Source of the DNA: Lama glama
Taxonomy: Eukaryota
Length of the DNA: 64,000 bases
Reading direction: 5' to 3'
Assembly (NCBI GenBank): GCA_028534125.1
Contig: CM052839.1
Location: forward strand, 14,012,001 to 14,076,000
Shown here: positions 1 to 21,200 of the stretch, one piece after another
Numbering within the stretch: position 1 is the first letter of the stretch
Layout: each line of letters begins with the position of its first letter
Translations under genes and position numbers: made by a program
Notes under the pieces: generated by a model
What the model was told of the DNA's origin: nothing
The model's input: the letters and a program-made list of their open reading frames with translations, nothing else
The model's database searches: none

Positions 1-3000
1 CCGCCACGTCATACCACACAAGCGTAACCCAGGGCTCCAGGAGGCAGACAACAGGGCCAGGACCACAGGCACTCAGGGATCCTCCAGGTCAGGCCTCAGT
101 AAGGGCCCACTGTCCTCCAGGACACCAGGCCAGACACCACGCCTGCCTTCCCGCACCTGAGCTGCTAAACAACACGGCTCTGAGTTCCCCTGTCCTCCTG
201 TGGCATGTGCCTCTCTGCTCACACTGTGCCCGGTGGAACACAGTCTTCCTCATCCCCTACTCCTGACCCATCGAGATCAGAGTAGGCGATGGTGAGGAAG
301 GGACCGGGAAAAGCACACACAGCACTCCTCAGTTTAATCATCCCTAGCCCCACAACTGCCACAATTTACAGCTGAAAAAGCAGGGCTCACATAACCAACT
401 TGTAGTCTGTGAAGAAGGGACAGAGCCTAGGTCAGGAGCCCAAGCCAGTCACACTCCCTGGCGGTGTCGCTGCCTCCTTATTCCTTGAGCAGGTTGTAGA
501 CACACACACTCCCTAGACTCACAAAAGAACAAAGGTGGGCAACCCTGGGTACAATCGACAAGAACCACGGGGACAGGAGCAACAGCAGGGGTCTGAGTTG
601 GGGCAACGTCTCAGGACTGGCCTTGGTCAGGGAAACCAAGAGCTGAGGGACAAAGCCTAGAGCCCGCCCTCCTTCTGCACCCTCCCCTCCTCCACATGCA
701 GCCTCACTTTCTGCTGCTCTGCTTTCTGGGAGGGTCCCCTCTGACCTCAGGGACCCCTGGGCCTGGATGACCAATTAGGCCATTTAGCTCAGCCTCCCAC
801 ATGCAACCTCTCCTAAACAAAGCTCTCACCCCACTGCTCCCACACGACGACGCTCCCCAGGGCCCTCCCGATCCCTCGCGCAGCACGAGGCCCTCCACCC
901 ATCTCCACTGTGTCCCAGAACGGACTGCCTCGTGTCCTCGCGCTCCGAGCCTCTGTAAAGGGCAGCTCTTCCACCCAACCTGCCTTTCCCCTGAGCCTCT
1001 TCGAAGCCTGCCTGGCGCCCACACATCAGGTGACACTTCTCTGGAAAGCCTTCCTTGACCAGTCCCTGGCAAGGCTCTAAGTGTCTGCCTTCTCCCAAAG
1101 GACAATGGGACGAGAAGATTCCACACTCACTACGTTCCAGGCACTAGCACAGAGCCTGGCACACACCAGCTTTGTTTAATGTTTGGCAAATGAACCTCCA
1201 TAGCTGCCTTCCCCAACTCCAGCCCACCCTGAGCTGAGCTCCACTTGACCAAAGGCAAAGAAACAGGCTATCTAAGCCACCTTGAGCCATTTTATCTGGT
1301 TAACTGGAGAGATTAACCATGAAGGAATACAAGTCTTGTAGGCCAAACTGGGGGGGGGGGGGCCTCCTGAACACCAAGAGCCTGGGTGCCCTGGACCAGA
1401 AGGCCCTGAGGGCCCACAGCCACATCCCGGTGACATGCTGATCCAGGGCCTCCTTCCCCTCATCCCTGCAATGACAGGGGCCCTCTAGACGCCCCACCTT
1501 TCTGCCTTCCAGCTCACCCTTTCTGCCTGGCGGGCAGTTTCTAGCTCAGGAGCCAGATCTCCCAAGCCCGTCCCAATGACCTTCCGAAGCTGGATGTCAC
1601 TTTCGTTACTGTTTCCTGCGGGGCCCAGGTGGATATACGCTGAGCTCTCAGGACAGTGCTCATTTTGCTCATCTGGTACCGGTGTGCAAAGCGCCAGCCG
1701 AGTGCAAATGTGGCACCAGGGGAACGTTCAGCCTCCAGCATGCCTGCCTCGGGGGTCTTGTGCATGGTAGGTGCTTGGCGTTCCCAGTCGGGAATCCCTG
1801 TTTAAAGACCATTCCAGACCAGCCGCATGAGCTGAGGCAGCTCACTTCCTGCCTAAGCCCCTCTCCAACAGAGTTCGCATCCTCTACTCTCAGGGGTAAC
1901 GTGTGGGCAGCACTCTCCTCTGCGCAGGGCACCAAGCAGGTGGGTGCCTGGCACAGGGCAGCACGAAGGTCCCCTGAGGACTGCGTGTCAGGGAGCTGTG
2001 GGGAAGATGGAATATTCCCTCGCCCCCAGTGACTGCTACACCCTGCTACACTAGAAGATGGCCAGCCTCCTGGTTCTCCAATTAGTAATTTAAAACTTTA
2101 ACCACACCTTCAGAAAGGTCCAGCTTCCCTGCCGGGAGTATGAATGACCGACAAAGATGTATCCTGGGCAGCCTGCCCTGTGTGGCCTGGGAAACAGGGA
2201 CACTCAGGGAAGCTGGGTGTACTGAAGAGCTAACCTGCCGGCAGCTGCAGCCTCACCCACACCCCACAGAGGAGCCCCCTTGTCACTTAGAACAGCTCAG
2301 CCATCAGCTTCTCTACTCGCACAGCAGAAGCGAGAAGGAGGCCCTTCTGCACGTGAGGCTCCAGGTTCTCCAACTCGCAGTGTCTGCCCGAGACACACTG
2401 GGGCAGGGGCAGCACCTGGGTGCTCCACCATGCAGACCGCCAAGGGGCCACAGACCCAGGACAGGAGACCCAGGTTCAAGGCCTCACTCAGCCATTTACC
2501 AGCGGTGACCCCTAATGGATTACAACACTGAGCTGCGGCCTGAGGGCTGCACTCTCAGGGAAGCTCCCTGAGGGTCACTCCCAGCCTCCTGGCGAGGGAC
2601 CAGGCACCATGGACCTGAAGACTCGGCGTCATTCACGTTCAAAGGAGCTGAGTCTTGCTGAACCAGACACTTGACGGCCGCCCACTGTTCCCTGTGAGGC
2701 CCTTAGAAAGACTACCCCAGTGCTGATAGACCTGAACCGGTGACAGAGCCGCCCGGTCCTCCCCCAGCAGCCTGTGCAACCTCTGTCCACACTTAAGAGA
2801 AGGTAGGGCTGGCTCCACCCCATCTGCCTGAGGAGCAGGGCCGAGCTCAATGCCCAGATCCCACCACCGTGATGCGCCTCACTCGAGGACATCGAGTCTG
2901 CCAGGCACCCACCAAGGCCACGTCGCTGATGCCTGGGCCGCACCTGAGCCAGGATACTCCCCCTTGGTCTAGTCACCAGCTTGTCCTTTTCTACCTGCTG

Positions 3001-4429
3001 CTGCTCCTCACCAACCTGAACTGTCTTCCTCTGGTGCCTGCTCTGGACCAGCCTCAATGCAGGACTCAGATGAACAGGGATCTCCCTGCCCCCAACAGAA
3101 CACAGCTGTGGCAATTCACAACGGCAAGCATCTGGGCCACGACAGTCTGAAGGGGTAGGGGTGAGCTGAGAGGGCTACCAGTGTGAATGCAACGCTTCCT
3201 GCATGTTAAAATAGTTGACCCTTGAGCCCTGAAGGATGGCTAGATAACCAACCTTCAGTGTATATATGTGGGTCATTTGAGGGGTAGGTGTGGACCAGAA
3301 GGTGAACAGATCAGATGGCAAAGCCCACACTGCACTCAAGTCCACGGGCCACATGAGGAGCTGCAGGGACTTTAACGTAAGGGAGCAGAAGACCACATGG
3401 AAAACATCAAGAGAGAAGGCTGGATGGACAGTCCTTGGATTTTCTCTGCAGGCAACAGAGCTGCCCTTGCCTCTCCCTCTGGTCCCCTGCGTTGGCTTCC
3501 TACAGCTGGGTACTTCCCCAGCTCTGTAGCCCAGGAAGCTGGGGAGAAACCCCCCCACCCCTATTCAGCCCCCTTACACCAAAATCCTGTGCTTCTGCCC
3601 TCCAGCCCAGCCTCTAGTTGGCTCCTGGGCCCACTCACGTCAGAAGGTCAAAAAGCCTCAGTCGCCCACAAACAGCCATTCTCTGAGGTCAGAATACTAC
3701 TGCCAGGGGCTCAGCTGGCCAAAAAGCTCCCAGGGGGAGTTGGTTAACAGCGTAGACTCTGAGCTCCACCAAGGAGCATCCTGCCTGGGCAGTCAGGGAG
3801 GGAGCCACCATTCTAGAGGAAGGAGAGTCAGAAGGATGAACTGACCACTTCCATCTGCACTTTCAGTGAAGACTTTCCTGGGATAAGCTGGAAGAGAACA
3901 GCTGGGAAGTTGCTGCTCTGGTCCTACATCATCCTGGGAGTTCTTCTCCAGGCTCCTTGCCGAGGTGGATCATGTGTCTCTGGCTACAGCTGGAGGTGCC
4001 AGGTACAGCCTCAGAAGAAATGACAGGGAAGGAAAGGCCAGAAGGGAGCTGTACTTTGGGTTCCATCTGGGTTCTGGGTTTTGGACTGTGCCGGGAATCA
4101 CAGGAAATGAAAGCTGAAAGGGCAGACAAAAACCCTTCCTCCTCTGATGAACCCTGGGAATATTCCGAAGCTAGAGGAGAGAGGCTGCCAGCTGCCAAGC
4201 TGCCCTGTGTCTGGAGCTCCCTTACGTGCCCAGTGCTCTGCCTGCACCACAGGACTGTCCTACAAGTCTGGGTCATCTACGGTCCACAGATGAGAAAACA
4301 AAGACTCAATGTTTTGACCTGGCAAAGTGGCAGAGCCAGGCCAAAGAAATGTCACCACCATGATACTCTGGAGTTCTGGACCCAAAACACCAAGATGCCG
4401 AAGTCACAGACTGAAGATGGCAAGCCAGA

Positions 4430-5178
4430 AAATTAAGCATGTACTTTAAAAAAAGAGCTCCCAATGGCCCAAACTAGGACAAGGTGAGCATACAGTAAAT
4501 ACTGTGAGTCCATGCTGACGTAAGGAAACGGGGACTAAAGACACAAACAAGAAGGGAGAAGACACAAAATCCCTGGCACAGAGGGCTCCGAGGAATCTGT
4601 GAGGCGACTCCGCCCTCACGGGGGCGGCGCTGACTTCCACTCCTCCTGTGTGGGCCCCACAAGCGATGTCCTCCAAAGAGGACGGTGTGCGCAGGGGACA
4701 GCAGTGACTTGAGAGGCAGAGTCCTGACGAACACTGTCTCAGCCAGGTGCTCAAGATCAGCGTAACTGGAAACGTCGTGTGGAGACGGCACTTCCTCCCA
4801 AAACCCGGAGCCCAGTGTAACCAGGAGAGAAACACCAGACATGCCCAAGTGTTCTTAAGTGTTCTACGCAGTGTGTGAGAGTAAGGCGCGTCTGAGAAAC
4901 TGTCACAGTGAGAGGACCTGAGGTGACGTGGGATCCCGGGACACAAAAGGGACGTGAGGGAAGCCAGGGAATCTGGGCACAGGATGGACTTCAGTGAATC
5001 ATCACCGATCAGTTTGGTTTCTCGACGGCAGTCAGCGCGCCCCCTCCCCGACGTAAGGTGTCACCAGCAGGGGAAGTGGAGTCCGGGGTACGGGGGGACT
5101 CCCTGCTGTTTTCACAACCTTTTGTGAATCCAAGATTATTCTAAAAAAATAAAGTCTACTTAAATTTAAAAAAAAAAA
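4430..5178 (+). mobile_element. Old LINE-1 3' end fragment (L1MC/L1MD-like)
   Basis: Resembles the recalled L1M 3' UTR (ctgagaaactgtcaca...ggggaactccctg...ttattctaaaaaaataaag) and ends in an A tail; boundaries approximate. Confidence 0.55.
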
Positions 5179-5917
5179 GGCGAGCTACAAGGCATCTTGC
5201 TCCAGCCTGGATCTGGCACTGGTCCTGCTCTGCTCCCTGAGGTCTACATGACACCAGGTAATCAGCCGGCCTCTCAGGACTCGAGCCTCAAAGCAGGATT
5301 AACCTGCCCCAGCATCTGCTTGGCTCGGTCCATTCACCCTCTGAGCAGGAAGACAAGAAGTGCTGGAGAGGCCAGGTTTTGGCAATGCTGGTCAGCATAC
5401 CCCCGACCCCGGCCAGAGGAGGAGGGACAGCCACCAGCCATGTGCCTGTGGAGCACTGAAGCCCAACCCCACCTTCACTCCCCTCCTCACTTCCCTCCTC
5501 ACTCCCCACTCCTCCCAGAAGGGAAAACCCAGGCATTTTTAAAGCAAGCTGCTAAGGCACAATCTAAAAATACTCAGTGAGAGCACACGTGACAAATCAG
5601 AACCAAGGCAGTGGGGAAAGAAGAGGTGGGGGGGCGGGGTCTGGAAGTGTTCCCCAAATCTTGTCTCAAGACTGTGCCCACAAACACTTGGGAACATGTG
5701 TTTTGCTCAGCCCTAAACTCCCTAGTTAAACAGCCACAGAACTTAATTTTCTGATAAAAAAAAAAGACAAAAACAGCTTTATTCTCACAGAATTCAAATC
5801 AAAAGGTATGAGATCTTACAGCCTTCCCCTCGCCCAGGCATCAGGCTGCCATGCTACTGACAGAGGAGCCAGGTCCTCCGGGAGCCCAGACCTGCGTCTC
5901 CAGACACCAAGCACTTA

Positions 5918-14407
<8,490 letters not shown>

Positions 14408-17400
14408 GGCCCCCGCGACGCTGCTCTAGGGCCCTCCGCGGCGGGCGGGGCGGCCGGGCATGGCTCTGGGGGCCGCGCCCCGGGCCCCGGGCCGAAGGGG
14501 TCCTCAGCGCCAGGCCCGCGTGCGAGGCCGGACCGCCCGTCAGGGGCGTCGAGGGGCGGCGCGGCGTCGGCCTCAGGGGCGGTGGGTCATGCGGCGGCGA
14601 CCAGGCTTCCTCCTCTACCTTCTCCGAGTTCCGGCGGGCAGGGGCGCCGGCAGAGCCTCATGCCGCGGACGGCGGCCGCGGACGCTCGGCCCGACTCCCG
14701 GCCGGACCCTCGGACGCCCGGCCCGGCCCGCACTTTAAAGCGCTCCTCACGACGTCACGGCCACCCGCCCGCCCGACGTCCGCCAGCGCCGCTCCTCAGC
14801 GGGCTGCTCCGCACGCACGCGCAGTGCGGCCAGCCACCGCGGCTCCGCAAGCAGCGAGCATGCGCGCGCGTGCGGCCGGGTCAGCGAAGGTGCCGGCGCA
14901 CGCGCAGACGGGGGCCTCTCGCCGTCCACCGCCCCTCCCCCACCCGCTGACGGGCTCCGCGAGCACCGCCAAACAGCAGCCTGCCTCCTCGCCGCGCCAC
15001 CTCCGCGGCCGCAAGGCTCCCTCCGCAGGGGTGTGCTCACGCCGTCAACGCTGTCGCCACGCTGCGTCACGACATCGTCTGAATGCCCGAAATCGCCTCA
15101 GCCCCCAGCGCGCAATCACCGAGGAACCGCCACAACCTAGACTGCCCTGTTACCGCCCCTTTGGCGCTTCCGCTTCTGTCATTGGGCCACCGGCCACGCG
15201 CCGGGCGGGCCCAGACGGCAGCTTCCGGAAGCTGGTCGGCGCGCATGTCTGTCAATCCGGCAGTCGCCTTGGTGACTGCATCCGTCACCTAATTAGCTGC
15301 GGGGCGGGCGGCGAGGACCCCTGAAGGGTGAGCGGGTGGCTAAGTGAGTGCCTGAGTGGAGACCAGACCGAAGGAAACCCTCAGTGCGCAAGAGAACGCT
15401 CAGACTCCGAGGCCGAGAGACCCCGGCCCAGCCCCGTGCCCGGCGGCCGCGGCCGCCAACGCCGCCCAGCTGCCGCCGCCGCCGCCGCCCGGCGTGGACG
15501 TTCCCCGAGTCACGTCCCGGCGGCGGCGCGTGCGCGGCCCTCGTCGGCCAGGCGCCTCCCGACGGCAGGGGAGCCGGGGGCCGGGCACCCGCCCTGCCCG
15601 GCGCCCGAGCCTTTGTTCAGACCCCCGGCCCCGCCTGACCGCCGGGCTGCACGCGCGGTCGTACCTCCTGGCCCTCCCACCGTCTCCTTCCCTGAGATCG
15701 CGGGAGGCTCAGCTCGCGCCTTCCTAGCCGCCTCCCCAGGTTCTCAGTGAGATGAAATGCATGTCGGGTTCCGCGGCCTCGCCTCCCTGGCCGTGGAGCT
15801 CGGGACCAGTGTGCCTCCGCGCCCTGTCCACCCCACCCCAGCTCGCCGGGGCCTGCGCTCCGGACCCCGGCACCCGGCGGACTTGGGTTGAATGTTGACC
15901 TCCCGACAGGCCGTACGACCCTGGGCGAGTGACTTCCCCGCGCGGCAGCTCGGCCTTGCGGTCCGTAAAACGGGAATAACATTAGTGCCCGCCGCGTACG
16001 GTGGCGGCGAGGATGAGACGAAGTCCTGTACGTTAGGCAGAGAGGACGGCCAGCCTCGAGTCAGGGCCTGTTTGCACACCGTAAACTGAGGGTCCTACCA
16101 GTCCCTGCCGGGAGGTGGGGGTGGTTGTGTGGTGACTGGGCAAGGCCAGGCCAGCACAGCCTGTGGGGTGGGGAAGTCTGGACACCTGGGACCTGCCACT
16201 TCCCCCACGCTCCCTGCCAGGGGACCCTCCCTTCCAAGAAGCAGCAGTAGCAGGTCAAGGGGTAAATGGGACAGGTGTGAATCCTGTACTGAACTGCCTC
16301 TTGCCCTTTTCAGACCCAGCCTGGAGCGGTGCTGCTCGTGCTGGTGGTGGAAGGCTGCAGGTGATGAGAAGGTGGTCTGTGGGCAAGGCTGGCGCTCTGG
16401 CCCCAGTCCTGCCCCGGCCACAACGTGCAAACGCCTGGACAGGGCCCCCTTGCCTGCATATTTGCAGTTTGGCTATGAGGGCTCAGGCCCTTCAGAATCC
16501 CAGTGCCCACCTCTAAACTCCCCTCCAACACAGGAAATCCGACTCTGCTCACACACCTGTTGACCTGGAGCTCGCTACCTCAGTGATCAGAAAGTCCTCC
16601 CAGAGGCCCCCATGGAGCCAGCTCGGCCCCCATCCCCTGCCCCAGGCAAACAGGGGAGTTACCTCCTCTCCAGGGATAAACAGCCTCTCCCATCAGACAC
16701 AGCCTCAGAGGCGTTCCCTTGCTCGGAGCCTCGAGCCTTGGTGAGAGGCGGCAGGACCTTGGAGCCAGCCTGCCTGCATTTGAACTTTGGTTAAACCAAC
16801 TAATGGTTACTCGCTTCACCTCTGGGGGCCTCAGTTCCCCATGAAGACATGGCAGGACTGTTTCAGGCTCCCAGGCCTTCCAGATGTTTTTCCTGTACTG
16901 TTCTCACCCCATGCTAGGCCGGGAACCCCAGGGCCCGGTTCCTTCTCCTCTGGACCTCCCTTCGTCCACCTGGAGTTCCTTTCTTCCTGGGTCTGGGGGA
17001 CACAGCGGGTTCCGACCCTCCTGCCACCCCCGAGTCTTCCCGCTCTGCCTCCTGGGGGTTGTTACCTCTGACGAGGGCTCAACTTGCTGACACCACCACT
17101 GAGTCCCCAGGACGGCTGCTAAGACATGAGCCTTATGCCTCAAGGCCCAGGTCCTGAAATCCAGAAGTCCTGGCATTCTGGTCCTCCCACGCTGAGCCCG
17201 CAGGCACTACCCACCTCACAGTTCTGCAGGCCGGCCAGGATGTGGCCGGGGCCCCGAAGGCAGTCAGCTCCCTGCACTCCAGCTGCTGGGGCCTCCCTCC
17301 ACTGCCCACTTGCATACTGAATCCCCAAAGGCCTCTCCACTCACTGCTTTCTCTGTTTAGAATGCTCATTTCCCTCTCCCTTCATCTATTTCTAGCAAGT

Positions 17401-17709
17401 TCCTACTCATCCTTCAAAACCCAAGCCCAATATCCCATTTGGTGGGAAGCCCTTTCCCAGATTTCTCCCCCCGCCCAAGCTGCTGACACGAAACACCTCT
17501 CTCCCTCCACTATACCACTCTCAAACCTTGTGTGGCCCGTCCAGTGACGGGGACCTGGGGTTGGGGGAAAGGGTCTGCAGGTAAAAGGGAAAGACAGATG
17601 TCTCTGCTGGAAGCTCTGATTAGGGGCACAACTAGGCCTCCCAACTCCTGCTTCCTCCCTCAGGTTTGTTTTCGTCACTCAACAACTGGGAAAACTGCCA
17701 GGCCTACCT

Positions 17710-17715
17710 TTTATT
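17710..17715 (-). terminator. MYO15A: Candidate MYO15A polyadenylation signal AATAAA
   Basis: tttatt on the + strand, about 420 nt past the stop codon. Confidence 0.55.
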
Positions 17716-18133
17716 TGCACAGAAATGACCAAGGGCCACAAATCCAAGCTGAGGGGCAGTGCTGGGGGCACCCGAGGAGGACATGTGAGCAGCCAGGACG
17801 TGGAGATGGAGCGGATCCCAACATCAGCTCCCATGGAAATCGAAGTCAAGTTCAGTTCCTCTAGGCTACTGGTGTGGAGCTTCCCTGCTGCAGGCAGGAG
17901 TCAGGGCAGGGCCATGGCAGGAGGCCCCCCCGCCAGCCTTTGGAAGTTCTTCCTGCTATCTGACTCAAGTCTGCACGCTGCAATTCCATCCCAACTCTGG
18001 ATCGGTCTTCTCTGGTTCCTGGGGACTTGGGGCCCTCCACCTACTGCCTCCTGGTCTCCCCTCAGGTTCTGGCCCAGTAACTCCCCTGGGGTCACACAGC
18101 AAGGCTTCCGTAGAGGGAGCTGGAGAGGCCAGG

Positions 18134-18235
18134 TCAGAGCAGTGTGATCTCGCTGGGAGGCAGCGTGAGCCTCTTCTCCCGGGCACTGAGCAGGTTCTCC
18201 ACATGCACAGCCACCACTCGACACAGCTCCAGGCC
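18134..18235 (-). CDS. MYO15A: MYO15A exon 66 (last; PDZ-binding ITLL, stop)
   Basis: [33 protein letters not shown]. Confidence 0.95.
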   Translation of the reverse strand, partial: GLELCRVVAVHVENLLSAREKRLTLPPSEITLL

Positions 18236-21200
18236 CTGCAGGAGACAGAGTCCACACCCTCCTGACACTTCCCAGCTTTCACCTGGGGTGAGCCACCTCT
18301 CTCGTCCTCAACTCCCCCGGGGCCCTGGGAGGAGCAGCTGGAAGCGGAATGCTGGGTTATAGGCAGAGGGGTGAGCAAGTGCATCTGTGGGCTCTGCTGC
18401 ATGTGACCTGTGACCGCACGTCTCTGAGCCTCCGTGGCCTCACCTGTGGGATCTCAGTTTACCAGGGCCTGCCTCACAGGGCTGTGGTGAAGATGCTATG
18501 AGAGTCTACACATAAACCCTTGAGGTTTAATTAGTCCCCAGTACCTCCATTAAAAAAAAAAGTCCCATCAGTAAGTGGTTTCTAACTATGTGTTGCCATG
18601 GTTACCACCGGGTACCCACAGCCTAGAATAAGCTGTGATCCAACCTCAGGGCTCCTGCCTGGGGTAGGAGGTGGGGGCAGGCAGTGGGGAACTGGGCAAT
18701 ATCAGTCCGTGAGAATGGTTCTCAGACCACAGCCAGTGTTGGAGCTCCCCAGGAATTTCCGGGGGCTGGGGGGCTGCTCTGAGAGGGCAGAAATAATGAG
18801 GACAGCGCTTCCTGGGCAGCAGCCATGCACCAGGCATTGTCCCAAGGCCTCCCGTGTCCTGTCCCTCTTGGTCCCCACAATGTCCCTCTGAGGCAAATGC
18901 TCTGAGAACCCCCTCCACCAATGAAGAAACTGAGGCTAGAGCCGTGCAGCCCCAGACCTCACAGCTGGCAGATGGTGGGGCTTGAACCTAAGGCCACACT
19001 CTGAAGTGCTCTTTGCTGAGGTCAGCTGTGTCTGCCCCACCCCAGGAGCCCCCTCAGCTAATGAGATCAGAGCAGAGCGTGTGTGCATGTGTGTGTGTGT
19101 TAGGGCTCCTCCCCTCCAGTGGTCCTCCAGCCCATCCTCCTACCCACACTCTGCAGTGCTCCAGGCCTCACTGGGAATCACCTGACAGGTGTGGAAACGG
19201 GGGCTCAGCAGGAAGCAGGGTTGCCTGTCAGAGGTGGGCAGGATGGGGACCCAGCATCACTGCTGCACTCAGATGTCACCTCTTCCTGGAAGCCCTCCCT
19301 GATTTACCTCCCAGATAGCTCAAGCACACCCTCCCAGCTCTGATCACAGTTTACTGGAGAGTCTTTGATATCCATCTCCCCCATGAGACCTGAGGCTCTG
19401 TGAGGGCCAGGGCTAAGGGGGGGTCTCTGGTATCCCTACAGCTAGTGCAGAGCCTACCATGTAGCGATGCTCACTGGCTACATGTTGAAAGAACTAGTAA
19501 ATTAATGAACTAATAGACAAATGTGTCCTCCATACACACGTGCCCGAGGCAGAGCAGAGTCGGCAGCATAAAAAGGTGAGGGCGGCGGGCGCTGCAAAGG
19601 CCTCCTCCTCCTCCTCCTCCTGCATCCATCCATTTGTCCCTCCATCCGTCCGCCCACTTGAGCCTGGCTACATGCTGGGCACTGTGCTATGGACACAATG
19701 TGGACAAGGTGGGCACAGCCCTGCTCTCTTGGGGCTGACATTCTAGTGGGAAGACAGAAACATGGGAACACATAACTAAGTGGTTTCCAAGCCAGATGGG
19801 GGCTCCTGAGGCAGAGAGAGTGGTTAGCAAGGAGAAGGTTCAGGGGAGGCTTCTAGAAGGAGGGGATGCCTGTGCTGAAACCCAAATAAAGGGAGGGAGA
19901 GAGGGAGCCCCATGATGCCAGGGAAGAGCGGCCCAGGGCCAGGGGACAGCGAGTGCATGGGGTCTAGGGCAGGGATGGGGGCAAGTGAGCCAAGGGGAGG
20001 GGGTGAGTGGCAGCCACAGTGGTAGGAAGAGAGGGGCAAGGAGGGGAAGGGCTCCGGGGTTGGGGGAGGTAAGTGTAGAGCCCGTTGGTCTCCAAGGGCG
20101 ATGCTGAGGGGGTCAGGGCAGGAGACAGAAATATGGGGGTGTCTCAGCAGAGCTGGCTTTGGAAGCCTCGGAGCCAGGGAGGGTGCTGAGGGAGAGGGTG
20201 AGACACAGCAACGGTTAAAAGGTCTGTCCAAGGGAGGGGTCAGGAAAAGGAGCCCAAGCAGCAGCGGACAGGCGGGCTCGAGGTGGCGAGTCTGCTGCGT
20301 GGGAGCTCAGAGTGGCAGTTCTGGGCAGCAGGCTGAGCCACAGGGAAGGCTGAGATTGGGGTGACCCCAGCAGGAGCAGGACTGGGGTGCAGTGGGAAGC
20401 AGACTGGTCCCCAGTGGTGGGTTCTCCAAGGGGCACAGGTGCCTGAGGGGCCCTGTTCTGGCCTGTCCCTCAGAGGTGGGCTGGGCAGATGGAGCCCCTC
20501 TCTCCTGCCAGCGGGTAGCAGCCCCTCCAAGACGGGCCCTGGTGTGGGCAGTGGTCCTGGGCCCAGACCTTGAGGGGGTGTGGGGGGCTGGCCAGGGCAG
20601 ACGTAGGGGCCTAGCACTGATTCTGTCCCTTCTCTGGACCTCCATCCCCTCTCTCCAAGGGGGTGAGAACTCTGGTCCTGCCCCATCCCTGAGGGCTGGG
20701 AGAACTGGACTTGCCTGACCCAGAGGTTGGCCATAGCATTTAAGGTACAGACACAGTTGCTGCAAATATGAGGAGGCACAGAGCATGTGGACCTCAGTTT
20801 CCCTGTCACCTAGGGACCCTGCTCGCCACACCTTCAATCCCAGGCCCCACAATCCACCCTCTGAACCTCAGCCCAGGTGAACGTCCTCAATTTCCCTGCG
20901 TCCTTGCCCTCTCACCAACCTTCTATGGCTCCCGAGTGCCCACAGGGGGAAGCCCCAGATTCTCAGCTTTATATTCAAGGCCCCTCAAGACCTCCCATGC
21001 CCCTGTTCTCACTATTCTGCAAACAACCTGGGTCCTCCCCTCCCCATGATCCCACCGCCAAGATGCTTCCATGGGAGGCTGCCCTAATGACCCGCAGTTC
21101 TGTGCGGTGTTGGGTTGGTTCTGTCCCCTGCAGTGGCCGGGGTGCTCCCTGGGGTGTGACCAGGACCTGACCTGTCTCAGAGCCAAGCCCAAAGAAGAGC

